Origin: Flavobacteriales bacterium
Lineage (GTDB): Bacteria; Bacteroidota; Bacteroidia; Flavobacteriales_D; CAJJDF01
Assembly (NCBI GenBank): GCA_965660305.1
Contig: CBFHZD010000004.1
Location: 20,680-84,679 of the forward strand
Length of the DNA stretch: 64,000 nt
Direction: 5' to 3'
The notes below the pieces were generated by a model that ran no database searches, was not told the origin of the DNA, and saw nothing but the letters and a program-made list of their open reading frames with translations. Position 1 is the first letter of the stretch. Each line of letters begins with the position of its first letter. The position numbers and the translations under genes are program-made. This document shows positions 29,985-39,307 of the stretch, piece after piece.

Positions 29985-31013
29985 ATGGCTACAGCGACAA
30001 AAAAAGCGTCAAGCAAATCAAAACTAAAGCACTCAAAGGCTCAGTACATGAAATGGTACGAGGATATGCTGTTGATGAGGAAATTCGAAGAAAAAACAGG
30101 TCAATTGTATATTCAACAGAAATTTGGAGGGTTTTGCCATTTATACATTGGACAAGAAGCCATAGTAGCTGGAACAGTGAGTGCAACCAAAAAAGGGGAT
30201 AAGCACATTACAGCATACAGAGATCATGCGCATCCCATAGGATTGGGAATGCATCCAAAATATGTGATGGCTGAATTGTACGGAAGATCAACAGGTTGCT
30301 CTAAAGGAAAAGGAGGATCCATGCACATGTTTGACACTGAGATTGGATTGTGGGGAGGACACGGAATTGTTGGAGCACAAATTCCAATGGGAGCTGGACT
30401 TGCTTTTGCGGAGCGATACAACAAAACAAAGAATGTGGTAGTGACGTCTTTTGGAGACGGTGCTGCGCGGCAAGGAGCTTTACACGAAACGTTTAATATG
30501 GCTATGATGTGGAAGTTACCTGTGATTTTTGTCATAGAGAATAATAATTACGCAATGGGAACTTCTGTAGAAAGAACAACCAATGTGTTGGATATGAGTA
30601 AAATGGCACTTTCTTACGATATGCCAAACGAAACTGTGGATGGAATGAGTTGCGAAGCTGTTCATGCGGCAATGGAAACAGCTGTGGCAAGAGCAAGAAA
30701 AGGTGAAGGACCTACTTTGCTCAACATTGAGACCTACCGTTACAAAGGGCACTCCATGAGTGATCCTCAAAAGTATAGAAGTAAAGAAGAAGTTGAGAAC
30801 TACATGGAAATTGATCCTATTTCTCAAGTTTTGAAAACGATCAAAGACAATAAGTTTGCAACCGAAAAGCAATTGGCAGCAATTGATAAAAAAGTGAAAG
30901 ACTTGGTGGCAGAATCTATCAAGTTTGCCGAAGAATCTCCTTATCCTGAGGCAGACGAATTATACGAAGATGTGTACAAAGAAGAATACCCATTTCTTAT
31001 TGAATACAAGTAA
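29985..31013 (+). CDS. pdhA: Pyruvate dehydrogenase E1 component, alpha subunit
   Basis: 342 aa with TPP-binding region FGDGAARQGALHETFNMAMMWKLPVIFVIENNNYAMGT and YRYKGHSMSDP. Confidence 0.9.
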   Translation: MATATKKASSKSKLKHSKAQYMKWYEDMLLMRKFEEKTGQLYIQQKFGGFCHLYIGQEAIVAGTVSATKKGDKHITAYRDHAHPIGLGMHPKYVMAELYGRSTGCSKGKGGSMHMFDTEIGLWGGHGIVGAQIPMGAGLAFAERYNKTKNVVVTSFGDGAARQGALHETFNMAMMWKLPVIFVIENNNYAMGTSVERTTNVLDMSKMALSYDMPNETVDGMSCEAVHAAMETAVARARKGEGPTLLNIETYRYKGHSMSDPQKYRSKEEVENYMEIDPISQVLKTIKDNKFATEKQLAAIDKKVKDLVAESIKFAEESPYPEADELYEDVYKEEYPFLIEYK

Positions 31014-31050
31014 ACCGAATTAACCAAAAGAAAAACTAAGATTAAGAGAT

Positions 31051-32331
31051 ATGGCTGAAATTATTAGAATGCCCAAGCTAAGCGATACGATGGTGGAAGG
31101 AGTTGTTGCGGAATGGCATAAAAAAATTGGAGATAATGTAGAAGAGGGAGAACTCATTGCAGAAATCGAAACAGATAAAGCAACAATGGAGTTCGAATCT
31201 TTTTTTGACGGTGTGTTGTTGCACATTGGTGTTGAAAAAGGAAAGGGTGCGCCTGTCAACGATATCCTAGCTATTATTGGTGAAAAAGGAGAAGACGTTT
31301 CGGGAATCTTAAAAGAAGAGGCAAATGGTGCGAATGCAGCGCCAGAGGCAAAAGAAGAGCCAAAGGCAGAATCTAAGCCTGCCCCAGCAGCACCAAAAAA
31401 GGAAGAGGTAAAAGCTGCTCCAGCACCTAAAAAAGTAGTGGCAGAAGCTCCAAAAGCGCAACCATCCTACTCTGACACATCGACTGACCTTAAGATTTCA
31501 CCGTTGGCCAAAAAGCTGGCAATGGATAAAGGCCTAAACTTGTCACAAATAAAGGGAACAGGAGAAAACGGAAGGATTGTAAAAAGAGACATTGACAACT
31601 TTAAAGGAGGAAATGCGGCTAACTTCATCAACCGTGAGACTTACACCGAAATTCCAGTTTCTCAAATGAGAAAAACCATTGCTAGAAGACTAGGAGAGAG
31701 TAAATTTACGGCTCCGCACTTCTATCTTACTGTAGCCATTGATATGGATAATGCAATGGAAGCAAGAGCTGCCATCAATAAGAGTATTGCGCCTAATAAA
31801 GTATCGTTTAATGATTTAGTTATCAAATCTTGTGCAACGGCATTGAAGCAACATCCTGCCATTAATAGTGCTTGGATGGGAGATACCATTCGCCAGAATG
31901 AGCACGTAAACATTGGAGTGGCTGTATCTGTTGAAGACGGACTTCTTGTTCCAGTAGTAAGATTCGCAGACGGAAAAACATTGACTCAGATTTCGACAGA
32001 GGTAAGAGAGTATGCCAAGAAGGCCAAAGACAAGAAACTTCAGCCACAAGACTGGGAAGGAAACACTTTCACAATTTCTAACCTAGGGATGTTTGGTATA
32101 GAAGAGTTTACAGCTATTATTAATACGCCAGATTCATGTATTTTGGCAGTGGGAGGAATAAACCAAGTACCAGTTGTTAAAAATGGAGAAGTTGTTCCAG
32201 GAAATATCATGAAAGTAACTTTGTCTTGTGACCACAGAGTCGTGGATGGAGTAGCTGGTTCTCAGTTTTTGAATACATTTAAGAACCTAATGGAAAACCC
32301 AGTGTTACTTTTGGGAGCTTATAATATCTAA
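31051..32331 (+). CDS. pdhC: Dihydrolipoamide acetyltransferase (E2) of the pyruvate dehydrogenase complex
   Basis: 426 aa with a lipoyl domain (IETDKATMEFE), an Ala/Pro/Lys linker, an E3-binding domain (ISPLAKKLAMDKG) and a catalytic domain with DHRVVDG. Confidence 0.9.
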   Translation: MAEIIRMPKLSDTMVEGVVAEWHKKIGDNVEEGELIAEIETDKATMEFESFFDGVLLHIGVEKGKGAPVNDILAIIGEKGEDVSGILKEEANGANAAPEAKEEPKAESKPAPAAPKKEEVKAAPAPKKVVAEAPKAQPSYSDTSTDLKISPLAKKLAMDKGLNLSQIKGTGENGRIVKRDIDNFKGGNAANFINRETYTEIPVSQMRKTIARRLGESKFTAPHFYLTVAIDMDNAMEARAAINKSIAPNKVSFNDLVIKSCATALKQHPAINSAWMGDTIRQNEHVNIGVAVSVEDGLLVPVVRFADGKTLTQISTEVREYAKKAKDKKLQPQDWEGNTFTISNLGMFGIEEFTAIINTPDSCILAVGGINQVPVVKNGEVVPGNIMKVTLSCDHRVVDGVAGSQFLNTFKNLMENPVLLLGAYNI

Positions 32332-32375
32332 ACTCTACTTATTTGTCTTACTTCTTAAATCCATACAGACGAGTT

Positions 32376-33152
32376 ATGACTAAAAAAATGGCTTTCGTTT
32401 CCTTGATGGTTTTTGCGTTATCATGTAATACCCAAAAAGAGAAATCAGAGGAATCATCTACGGTTAAGCAAAATATACCAACCGTATCGACTGAAACAGA
32501 ACTGAGTAAATTCGTTGGTTCATACAAAGTAGTTGCGATGGATGGAATGGGAGAAATAGAGCAGAATAATCCGTATTTTACTATAACTAAATCCGGTAGA
32601 ATTAGTGGCTACAATGGTTGTAATAGTTTTTCGGGAGAAATCTTATCCGACTCTGATAAAGTTATTTTGAGTAAACTAGGAACAACGAGAATGGCTTGCC
32701 AAGGGGATAAAAATTCTACAGAAAAAGTATTCATGGAATTAATGAATAGAACCACAGGAATGAACATTGGCAATGAAGGCCAATTAGATTTCATGACAGA
32801 TGGGGCGGTAGTATTATCAGCAAAAAAAATGTCTCTTGGTTTAGGTAATTTTTATGTAAAAACAGTGCGAGGTGAGGCACCAAAAACCGAAGGTGTGATG
32901 TTCACTATTGAAGAAGGAAGAATTTCTGGTAACACGGGTTGCAACTCATTCTACGGTAGTTTAGTTCAAAATGGGGTGAGACTTACTATGGGAGATTTGG
33001 CCGCAACTGAACAGCAGTGTGAAGAGGTAGATCCTATTTTTGAGACTAAATTTATTAAGGCATTGCAAGTCACTAATCGATTCGATGCGACTGATAATCT
33101 TTACACCTTTTACGAAGGAAATACTGTTACTTTCACCGCGTTGAAAGACTAA
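32376..33152 (+). CDS. Lipoprotein with two META (HslJ-like) domains
   Basis: Lipobox FALSC, and two copies of the G(R)ISGxxGCNSFxG...T(R/E)xxC pattern. I prefer ATG 32376 over the track's TTG at 32343. Confidence 0.7.
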   Translation: MTKKMAFVSLMVFALSCNTQKEKSEESSTVKQNIPTVSTETELSKFVGSYKVVAMDGMGEIEQNNPYFTITKSGRISGYNGCNSFSGEILSDSDKVILSKLGTTRMACQGDKNSTEKVFMELMNRTTGMNIGNEGQLDFMTDGAVVLSAKKMSLGLGNFYVKTVRGEAPKTEGVMFTIEEGRISGNTGCNSFYGSLVQNGVRLTMGDLAATEQQCEEVDPIFETKFIKALQVTNRFDATDNLYTFYEGNTVTFTALKD

Positions 33153-33232
33153 GGTGAAAAACCATGCATTTTACTAAGAACTTCAATAACTTTGTAAAGA
33201 AATAAATTAAATAACCGATAATAAATACAACT

Positions 33233-33646
33233 ATGTATCCAGAAGAAATAACAGCTCCAATACGAGAAGATTTAGTAGGAGCAGGGTTCCAAGAATTAAG
33301 AAACCCAAATGAAGTAGATGAAATTATGAATCAAGGAGGGACAACTTTGTGTGTCATAAACTCTGTGTGTGGCTGTGCGGCAAGAAATGCAAGACCAGCA
33401 GCTAAACTTTCAGTTCAACTCTCAGAAAAACAACCAAATAACTTAGTAACTGTATTTGCTGGAGTGGATGCTGAAGCAGTTGCTCAGGCAAGAAAATATA
33501 CGTTGCCTTACCCTTCATCCTCTCCGTCAATTGCTTTGTTCAAGGAAGGTAAATTGGTTCACTTTCTTGAAAGGCACCACATTGAAGGAAACACAGCTGA
33601 GGCCATTGCAGATAATTTAGCTGCAGCTTATACTGAGTTTTGTTAA
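33233..33646 (+). CDS. BrxA/BrxB-type bacilliredoxin (YphP/YqiW family)
   Basis: 137 aa with the CGC active site in NSVCGCAARNARP (33368..33376) and a family-typical N-terminus MYPEE...PIREDL. Confidence 0.7.
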   Translation: MYPEEITAPIREDLVGAGFQELRNPNEVDEIMNQGGTTLCVINSVCGCAARNARPAAKLSVQLSEKQPNNLVTVFAGVDAEAVAQARKYTLPYPSSSPSIALFKEGKLVHFLERHHIEGNTAEAIADNLAAAYTEFC

Positions 33647-33700
33647 TCAAACTTTAGTTTAAATTCAGCTAGTAAAAGCCACGAAAAAATAGAAACTAAT

Positions 33701-33733
33701 AAAAAGGGAGAAACATTTGTTTCTCCCTTTTTT
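33701..33733. terminator. Bidirectional terminator between the bacilliredoxin gene (+) and the S41 peptidase gene (-)
   Basis: AAAAA, a 9-bp stem gggagaaac / gtttctccc with loop attt, then TTTTTT. Confidence 0.75.
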
Positions 33734-33739
33734 GTTTTG

Positions 33740-35329
33740 TTAGTTTGCTAACACAACTTTTAGGTCGTTGTTCGTTTTAGAAATAATATATTCTCTACCG
33801 AATTCATCCCAAATTCCAGAGGCAATTTCTTGTTTTAGTCTCTGTTTTAATCTGATTTTTGACGCTACTATCTCAGAGTTATTTGAGGTTAAGTCTCTGG
33901 CTTTTGCAAACGCCACAAATGAATTGAATAATCGATCGCTAATCGAGAAATTTGCATAGAAGTTTTTGAGCCCCTTTGAGGTCAGGTCCTTCCTATTGTC
34001 TTTCAAGTAATCGATGGCAAATTCAGTAAGCACTCGGCTGTAGGCAATTTTGCGATAGTAAGAAGAATAGCCCGAAGTGTCATAAGGAATAAAAACATCT
34101 GGCATTATGCCACCTCCACCGTATACTACTTTCCCTCCTTCAGTGATGTACTTTAAAGAATCTACAAAAATCGAAGAATCTATTTCAAACAATTCTCCAT
34201 TTCGGTCTCGGTCGTATAATTCCATCATGTAATCATAGTGATTTCCTTTTTCATAAGGTTTTTGAATACTTCTTCCAGTTGGAGTGTAATACCTTGCGAT
34301 TGTAATCCTAATAGAAGAGCTGTCAGCAAGCATTACGGGTTTTTGAACTAATCCCTTACCAAAAGATCTTCGACCATATATGGTTCCTCTGTCGTTGTCT
34401 TGAATGGCGCCTGCCACAATTTCGCTTGCACTTGCAGATTCGCTGTCTATCAATACAGCCACAGGTGTGTTTTTGAGAATTCCTCCCGAACTGGAAAAGG
34501 CTGAATTCTTCTTCCCGTTTTTTTCTTTGGTATAAACAATCAGTTTCCCTTTTTCTAAAAACTCATCCACAATTTGTTCGGCAATTTGAAGGTATCCGCC
34601 TCCATTTCCTCTCAGGTCAAATACGAGTTTTTTCATTCCTTGTTTCAACAATTTTTGTGCAGCAAAGAAAAATTCTTGAGCCGAAGTCTCAGAAAATCGA
34701 ACCAGTTTTATGAATCCAATGGTATCCGAGATCATGAAGGAAGCCGTGACACTTTTTATTGGAATAATTCCTCTTTTGATGGTTTTGGTGAGCACTTTGT
34801 TTCCTCTAGAAACTTCCACAACGACTTTGGTATTTGGTCTTCCTTTCAGAAGATTCATCACTTTTTCATTCTGTAAATTTACGCCTGCAACTATTGTGGT
34901 GTCTATTTTTACAATCATGTCGCCATTTTTTAATCCAGCTCGGTAAGCAGGACCGTTTTCTATCACATTGGTAACAAAAAGTGTGTCGTGCAAAATGATG
35001 AACTTAACACCAACTCCCGCAAACTCTCCTTTTAAATTCTCTTCCTCTCTGTTGTTTTTTTTATAGGGCATGTACACAGAATGAGGGTCTAAATTCGCGA
35101 GTAATTGCTCTATGGTTTTATCGGTTAATTCTTTGTCAGAAATGGAATCAACATAATCGTTTTGAATCACATCCAGAACTTGGAATAATTTTCTTTTGGA
35201 ATCAAAATCAATGGAGTTTGTAGATTCCTTTTTTTCAAAAAAGGGCGAGTTGTTTTTCTTTCCTAAGTAGAAGCCTACGGCTATTGCCATGGCCAAGAAG
35301 AGAGGAAAAAAGAGTGTGATTTTTTTCAT
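33740..35329 (-). CDS. S41-family C-terminal processing peptidase with PDZ domain
   Basis: 529 aa with an N-terminal anchor, a PDZ domain (GPAYRAGLKNGDMIVKID) and an S41 core (LRGNGGGYL, DSESASASEI). Confidence 0.85.
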   Translation of the reverse strand: MKKITLFFPLFLAMAIAVGFYLGKKNNSPFFEKKESTNSIDFDSKRKLFQVLDVIQNDYVDSISDKELTDKTIEQLLANLDPHSVYMPYKKNNREEENLKGEFAGVGVKFIILHDTLFVTNVIENGPAYRAGLKNGDMIVKIDTTIVAGVNLQNEKVMNLLKGRPNTKVVVEVSRGNKVLTKTIKRGIIPIKSVTASFMISDTIGFIKLVRFSETSAQEFFFAAQKLLKQGMKKLVFDLRGNGGGYLQIAEQIVDEFLEKGKLIVYTKEKNGKKNSAFSSSGGILKNTPVAVLIDSESASASEIVAGAIQDNDRGTIYGRRSFGKGLVQKPVMLADSSSIRITIARYYTPTGRSIQKPYEKGNHYDYMMELYDRDRNGELFEIDSSIFVDSLKYITEGGKVVYGGGGIMPDVFIPYDTSGYSSYYRKIAYSRVLTEFAIDYLKDNRKDLTSKGLKNFYANFSISDRLFNSFVAFAKARDLTSNNSEIVASKIRLKQRLKQEIASGIWDEFGREYIISKTNNDLKVVLAN

Positions 35330-35757
35330 TAAAGTGTGATGTAATCGAGCGTAATTCCCGAATTTTTCAAAAAGTCGATTCCAGAGCAGTCTTTGTATTC
35401 ATTGAGGTAAACAACTCGTTCGATGCCGGCTTGTAAAATAAGTTTTGCGCAGTCTTTACAGGGCGAAAGAGTAATGTATAAAGTAGCACCTTTTGAGCTG
35501 TTGGTACTCTTAGAAAGCTTCATGAGTGCATTGGCTTCGGCATGAAGCACGTACCATTTTGTTTCTCCAGCGTCATTTTCACAACAGTTATCAAAACCGG
35601 TTGGTGTTCCGTTGTAACCATCCGAAATGATGACCTCGTCTTTTACGATAATTGCTCCAACTTGTTTTCTGGTGCAGTGTGACAATTTACTCCATTCTCG
35701 AGCCATATTGAGATAGGCTTTGTCGTAGCGTAATTGTTTTTCTTTCTTCATTCTCAC
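35329..35757 (-). CDS. dCMP deaminase
   Basis: 142 aa with HAEANAL and PCKDCAKLI. Its stop abuts the start of the S41 peptidase gene. Confidence 0.85.
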   Translation of the reverse strand: MRMKKEKQLRYDKAYLNMAREWSKLSHCTRKQVGAIIVKDEVIISDGYNGTPTGFDNCCENDAGETKWYVLHAEANALMKLSKSTNSSKGATLYITLSPCKDCAKLILQAGIERVVYLNEYKDCSGIDFLKNSGITLDYITL

Positions 35758-35895
35758 TTATTTGTTCGAATTTAACTCAATTTATGCAATAGGTTAAAAC
35801 AATTGACTCAAAATATTCCAATTTCCTGGGATTCTCTTTCATTAGTTAACCTGAAATTTTCTTTTCCTAACCTGATTTATTCTCTATATTTGAGA

Positions 35896-36702
35896 ATGGA
35901 AGATGCAAAAAAGCCGATAGGAATTTTTGATTCAGGAATTGGTGGTTTAACCGTGGCACACGCGATTAGTAAACTCATGCCCCAAGAACAAATTGTATAT
36001 TTTGGCGACACAGCTCATTTGCCTTATGGTGATAAATCTCCTGAGTTGATTCATTCTTTTGTTCAAGACATCTCTCGCTTTTTAATTCAAAAAGAACACT
36101 GCAAATCTTTGGTGATTGCTTGCAATACAGCGTCTGCAACTTCATATGAATTTTTAAGGGATAAACACGAAGGAAATTACCCCATTATCAATGTAATCGA
36201 CCCCATTGTAGAAGCAATTGTAAAAGATAATGGAATAAAGAAAGTGGGATTAATTGCAACAAAAACAACCGTAGAATCAGGAGTTTATCAAGAGAAACTC
36301 AAAAGAAGAAACCCAAGTATTGAGATGGAAGTTTTGGCAACTCCGTTGCTAGCTCCCATGATTGAAGAGGGGTTTAGTCAAGATAAAATTAGCCGTACGG
36401 TCATTGAAAATTATTTATCCAATTCAAAATTTAAGGACATCGATGCCCTTATTTTAGGATGCACTCACTATGTTTTGATAGCAGACGAGATTAATGATTT
36501 TTTTGATGGAGAGGTAAAATTATTCGACTCAACAGATATTCTTGCCGTTAAATTGAGAGGTATTTTAGATAATGAAAATTTATTGTCCGAGAATAAAAAT
36601 ATGGATAACAAATTCTATGTTTCCGATTTAACCAAAGGATTTAATGAATCCGCATCGAGGTTTTATGGAGAGGGTTTAAGGCTGGATTTGAAAAAATTGT
36701 AG
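35896..36702 (+). CDS. murI: Glutamate racemase
   Basis: IGIFDSGIGGLTV, ACNTAS and GCTHY. I prefer ATG 35896 over the track's TTG at 35803. Confidence 0.9.
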   Translation: MEDAKKPIGIFDSGIGGLTVAHAISKLMPQEQIVYFGDTAHLPYGDKSPELIHSFVQDISRFLIQKEHCKSLVIACNTASATSYEFLRDKHEGNYPIINVIDPIVEAIVKDNGIKKVGLIATKTTVESGVYQEKLKRRNPSIEMEVLATPLLAPMIEEGFSQDKISRTVIENYLSNSKFKDIDALILGCTHYVLIADEINDFFDGEVKLFDSTDILAVKLRGILDNENLLSENKNMDNKFYVSDLTKGFNESASRFYGEGLRLDLKKL

Positions 36703-36734
36703 TTTTTTTAATTCAATCATTATCGTGCTGACAA

Positions 36735-38048
36735 CTAATTCTTCTTTCTAAAGAAAATATTGATAGGAACTCCTTCGAATTTGTACAGCTTACGCAATTG
36801 ATTTTCCACAAATCGTTTGTAATCTTCTCTAATGTATTGTGGTAAATTACAGAATATGGCAAAACTTGGAGTGTAGGTAGGCAATTGAGTCACAAATTTG
36901 ATTTTGATGTATTTCCCTTTGTATGCCGGTGGTGGTGTTCTTTCAATGATTGGAAGCAGTTTGTCATTGAGTTCCGATGTTGGGATTTTTTGGGTTCTAT
37001 TTTCATACACGTCAATTGCTTTTTCCAGCGCTTTGTGCAATCTTTGTTTGGTTACTGTAGAGGTGAAAATCACAGGGACATCATTGAATGGAGCTAATCT
37101 TTTTCTTACTCTGTCTTCCATTTCTTTCACGGTGTTGGTTTCTTTTCCTTCTACCAAATCCCATTTGTTTATCAATACTACAACCCCTTTTTTGTTCTTT
37201 TTGATGATTTGAAATACATTCAAATCCTGCTGGCCAATTCCTTCAATGGCATCAATCATAAAAATACACACATCACTTTCTTCAATCGCTCTTACTGAAC
37301 GTAAGGTAGAGTAAAATTCTATGTCTTCTTGGATTTTTGCTTGTTTTCTTAATCCGGCAGTATCCACCAAAAAGAAATCAAACCCATAGGATTTATACCG
37401 GGTGTTCAAGGTGTCGCGCGTTGTGCCAGAGATATCTGTTACAATGTTTCTTTCTTGACCAATCAGTGCATTTATTAGCGAAGATTTTCCCACATTTGGT
37501 TTTCCTACGATGGCAAATTTTGGAATTCCAGAGGTGTCTTCCGATTCAGGCTTTACCTCGAAATCCTCGGTTACTTTATCTAGTATTTCTCCAGTTCCAC
37601 TTCCGTTAATAGAGGATAGATTATAAACTTCTCCCAGCCCAAGGCTATAAAATTCGGCAGACATTGTTTGGTGAATAGGAGAATCCACTTTGTTGGCAAC
37701 GAGGTATACTTTTTTGTCTATTTTTCTAAGGATTTTCGCAACTCTTTCGTCCAAATCGGTAATTCCAACTTGGGTATCTACAACAAAAAGAATAGAGTCG
37801 GCTTCATCAATAGCGAGGTGAACTTGCTTTCTTATTTCGCCTTCAAATACATCGTCTGATCCTTGCACATAACCTCCAGTATCTATCACAGAAAATTCTA
37901 TCCCATTCCACACAGATTTTCCATAATGACGATCACGAGTAACTCCACTTGATTCCTCTACTATCGCTTTTCTCTCTCCTGTAAGTCGGTTGAATAGGGT
38001 TGATTTTCCTACGTTTGGTCTTCCTACTATTGCTACTATATTTCCCAT
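36735..38048 (-). CDS. der: Ribosome-biogenesis GTPase Der (EngA)
   Basis: Two G domains (GRPNVGKST...DTGG; GKPNVGKSS...DTAG) plus a KH-like C-terminus. I prefer the start MGNIVAIVG at 38048 over the extended track start at 38111. Confidence 0.95.
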   Translation of the reverse strand: MGNIVAIVGRPNVGKSTLFNRLTGERKAIVEESSGVTRDRHYGKSVWNGIEFSVIDTGGYVQGSDDVFEGEIRKQVHLAIDEADSILFVVDTQVGITDLDERVAKILRKIDKKVYLVANKVDSPIHQTMSAEFYSLGLGEVYNLSSINGSGTGEILDKVTEDFEVKPESEDTSGIPKFAIVGKPNVGKSSLINALIGQERNIVTDISGTTRDTLNTRYKSYGFDFFLVDTAGLRKQAKIQEDIEFYSTLRSVRAIEESDVCIFMIDAIEGIGQQDLNVFQIIKKNKKGVVVLINKWDLVEGKETNTVKEMEDRVRKRLAPFNDVPVIFTSTVTKQRLHKALEKAIDVYENRTQKIPTSELNDKLLPIIERTPPPAYKGKYIKIKFVTQLPTYTPSFAIFCNLPQYIREDYKRFVENQLRKLYKFEGVPINIFFRKKN

Positions 38049-38403
38049 GGTATACTTTTTTTTGTAACACACATTATAGACATTTCGCTCTTGCGAAAAA
38101 CTATAAAACACCTGTTTTACTCCTCTTATCTGTTGTAAGATTCTGCAAATTTACGATTAATAGTTAAGATTGAGGATTGGATTGTGTATTACCTTTTTTT
38201 TCTATTGTAATTCCCAAGAAATAGGTGATCTTATTCATCAGTTTTTCATCACTCACAACGAGCTGCCTATCCAGATTTTTCGGAAGCAGTCTAAATGTAT
38301 TCGTTTGCTCTTTTTTGTTTTGCCTTGACGAAAAAAAAGAAGCCTTGAACTTTTGGTTCAAAACAAAAGAAAGTTAGATCTTTGGTTTTAAAATATTTTC
38401 CAC

Positions 38404-38436
38404 AAAAAAAACCGCTTCAATTTCTTAAAGCGGTTT
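38404..38436 (-). terminator. Rho-independent terminator after the DUF2911 gene
   Basis: On the minus strand, stem aaaccgctt / aagcggttt (9 bp, 10-nt loop) is followed by a T-run (complement of the A-run at 38404..38408). Confidence 0.6.
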
Positions 38437-38458
38437 CATTATTTTTAGGAGTTAGGAA

Positions 38459-39295
38459 TTATTCCTTTTCCCATTCTTCCACATTTCTTTTGATATAGTC
38501 TGCCCATCCTTTCGATTCTGCCTTCGTTGCCAGTGCCATTGCTTCTTTCCCGGTTTTAATCGCTCCAGCTTTGTCTCCGCTGGCTTTTAATATATTCGCT
38601 TTAGTGAACATGGCCTGGTGCGATTGTTTTACTTCCAATGATTTGTCGGCATACATCAAAGCCGTTTTGAAATCTTTTGTATCATTAAAGTAAGAAGCAG
38701 CACTAGAATAAACTTTATCCAAGTCTTTCCCTTCCTTGATTGCTGCCGCAATATTAGCTTTTGCAATTTTATCTGTATCTACCGTAAAAGGTACTTCTAC
38801 TTTCAATTTTTCCCATTCGATAGCAATTACTGCCGAGTTGTTGGTCAATTTGTCAAATCCGATGGTAAAAGTTTCTGTGTAAGAGTTAGTCATTGCCTTA
38901 GCCTTCAGTCTCAATACATCTTTTTTCTCATCGTACCCACTTAGACCTCTCAATTTAGCATCAGCATTGATGATGATTGTCCAATCACCGTTCTCTGCTG
39001 GAATAGCTTGCAAGGAATATGTTCCTTTTTCAATTTCTTTGCCACCCACAGTAATTGGTGTAGAAATTTCTAGAGTAGTTGCCATATTGGCTCCCATTCT
39101 CCACATTTTATCGTAAGGAACCAATTCTCCAAAAATTGTTCTTCCTTTTGCAGAAGGTCTTGAGTAATCAATTTCCACTTCTGTTAATCCTACCAATTGT
39201 TCCACCTCGCTCATTGGGCTTGGTTTTGGAAGTTCTTGGGCTGTTGCTGTGTATGCAAACCCTATAGCTGCTATTGAGATTAGTAATTTTTTCAT
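38459..39295 (-). CDS. DUF2911 domain protein with a TPR-like C-terminus, secreted
   Basis: 278 aa with a signal peptide and PSPMSEVEQLVGLTEVEIDYSRPSAKGRTIFGELVPYDKMWRMGAN, typical of DUF2911. Confidence 0.65.
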   Translation of the reverse strand: MKKLLISIAAIGFAYTATAQELPKPSPMSEVEQLVGLTEVEIDYSRPSAKGRTIFGELVPYDKMWRMGANMATTLEISTPITVGGKEIEKGTYSLQAIPAENGDWTIIINADAKLRGLSGYDEKKDVLRLKAKAMTNSYTETFTIGFDKLTNNSAVIAIEWEKLKVEVPFTVDTDKIAKANIAAAIKEGKDLDKVYSSAASYFNDTKDFKTALMYADKSLEVKQSHQAMFTKANILKASGDKAGAIKTGKEAMALATKAESKGWADYIKRNVEEWEKE

Positions 39296-39307
39296 GTTTA
39301 TTGTTTT

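Noticed and set aside
29985-32331. pdhA followed directly by E2 with no E1-beta gene, considered as a possible deletion or pseudogene
   Set aside because: Both genes are intact with a clean 37-bp spacer. As I recall, E1-beta being encoded elsewhere is usual in Flavobacteriia.
32343-32375. N-terminal extension of the META lipoprotein from a TTG start
   Set aside because: ATG 32376 gives a normal lipoprotein signal peptide (MTKKMAFVSLMVFALSC).
28931-35757. Three CDA-fold zinc deaminases (tadA, cdd, dCMP deaminase) within 7 kb, considered as a possible editing or defence-type cluster
   Set aside because: Each has the length and motifs of its ordinary housekeeping family. They lie on different strands, separated by unrelated genes, so this is most likely coincidence.
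35803-35895. N-terminal extension of murI from a TTG start
   Set aside because: Glutamate racemases start shortly before the DSGIGGLTV motif, and ATG 35896 (MEDAKKPIGIFDSGIGG) fits that.
38049-38111. N-terminal extension of der
   Set aside because: Der proteins begin immediately before the first G1 motif, and [17 protein letters not shown] at 38048 fits that.
38164-38361. 65-aa TTG-initiated ORF in the der upstream region
   Set aside because: It has a non-ATG start, is basic and low-complexity, and has no hydrophobic core or motif. I treat it as non-coding but flag the region separately.
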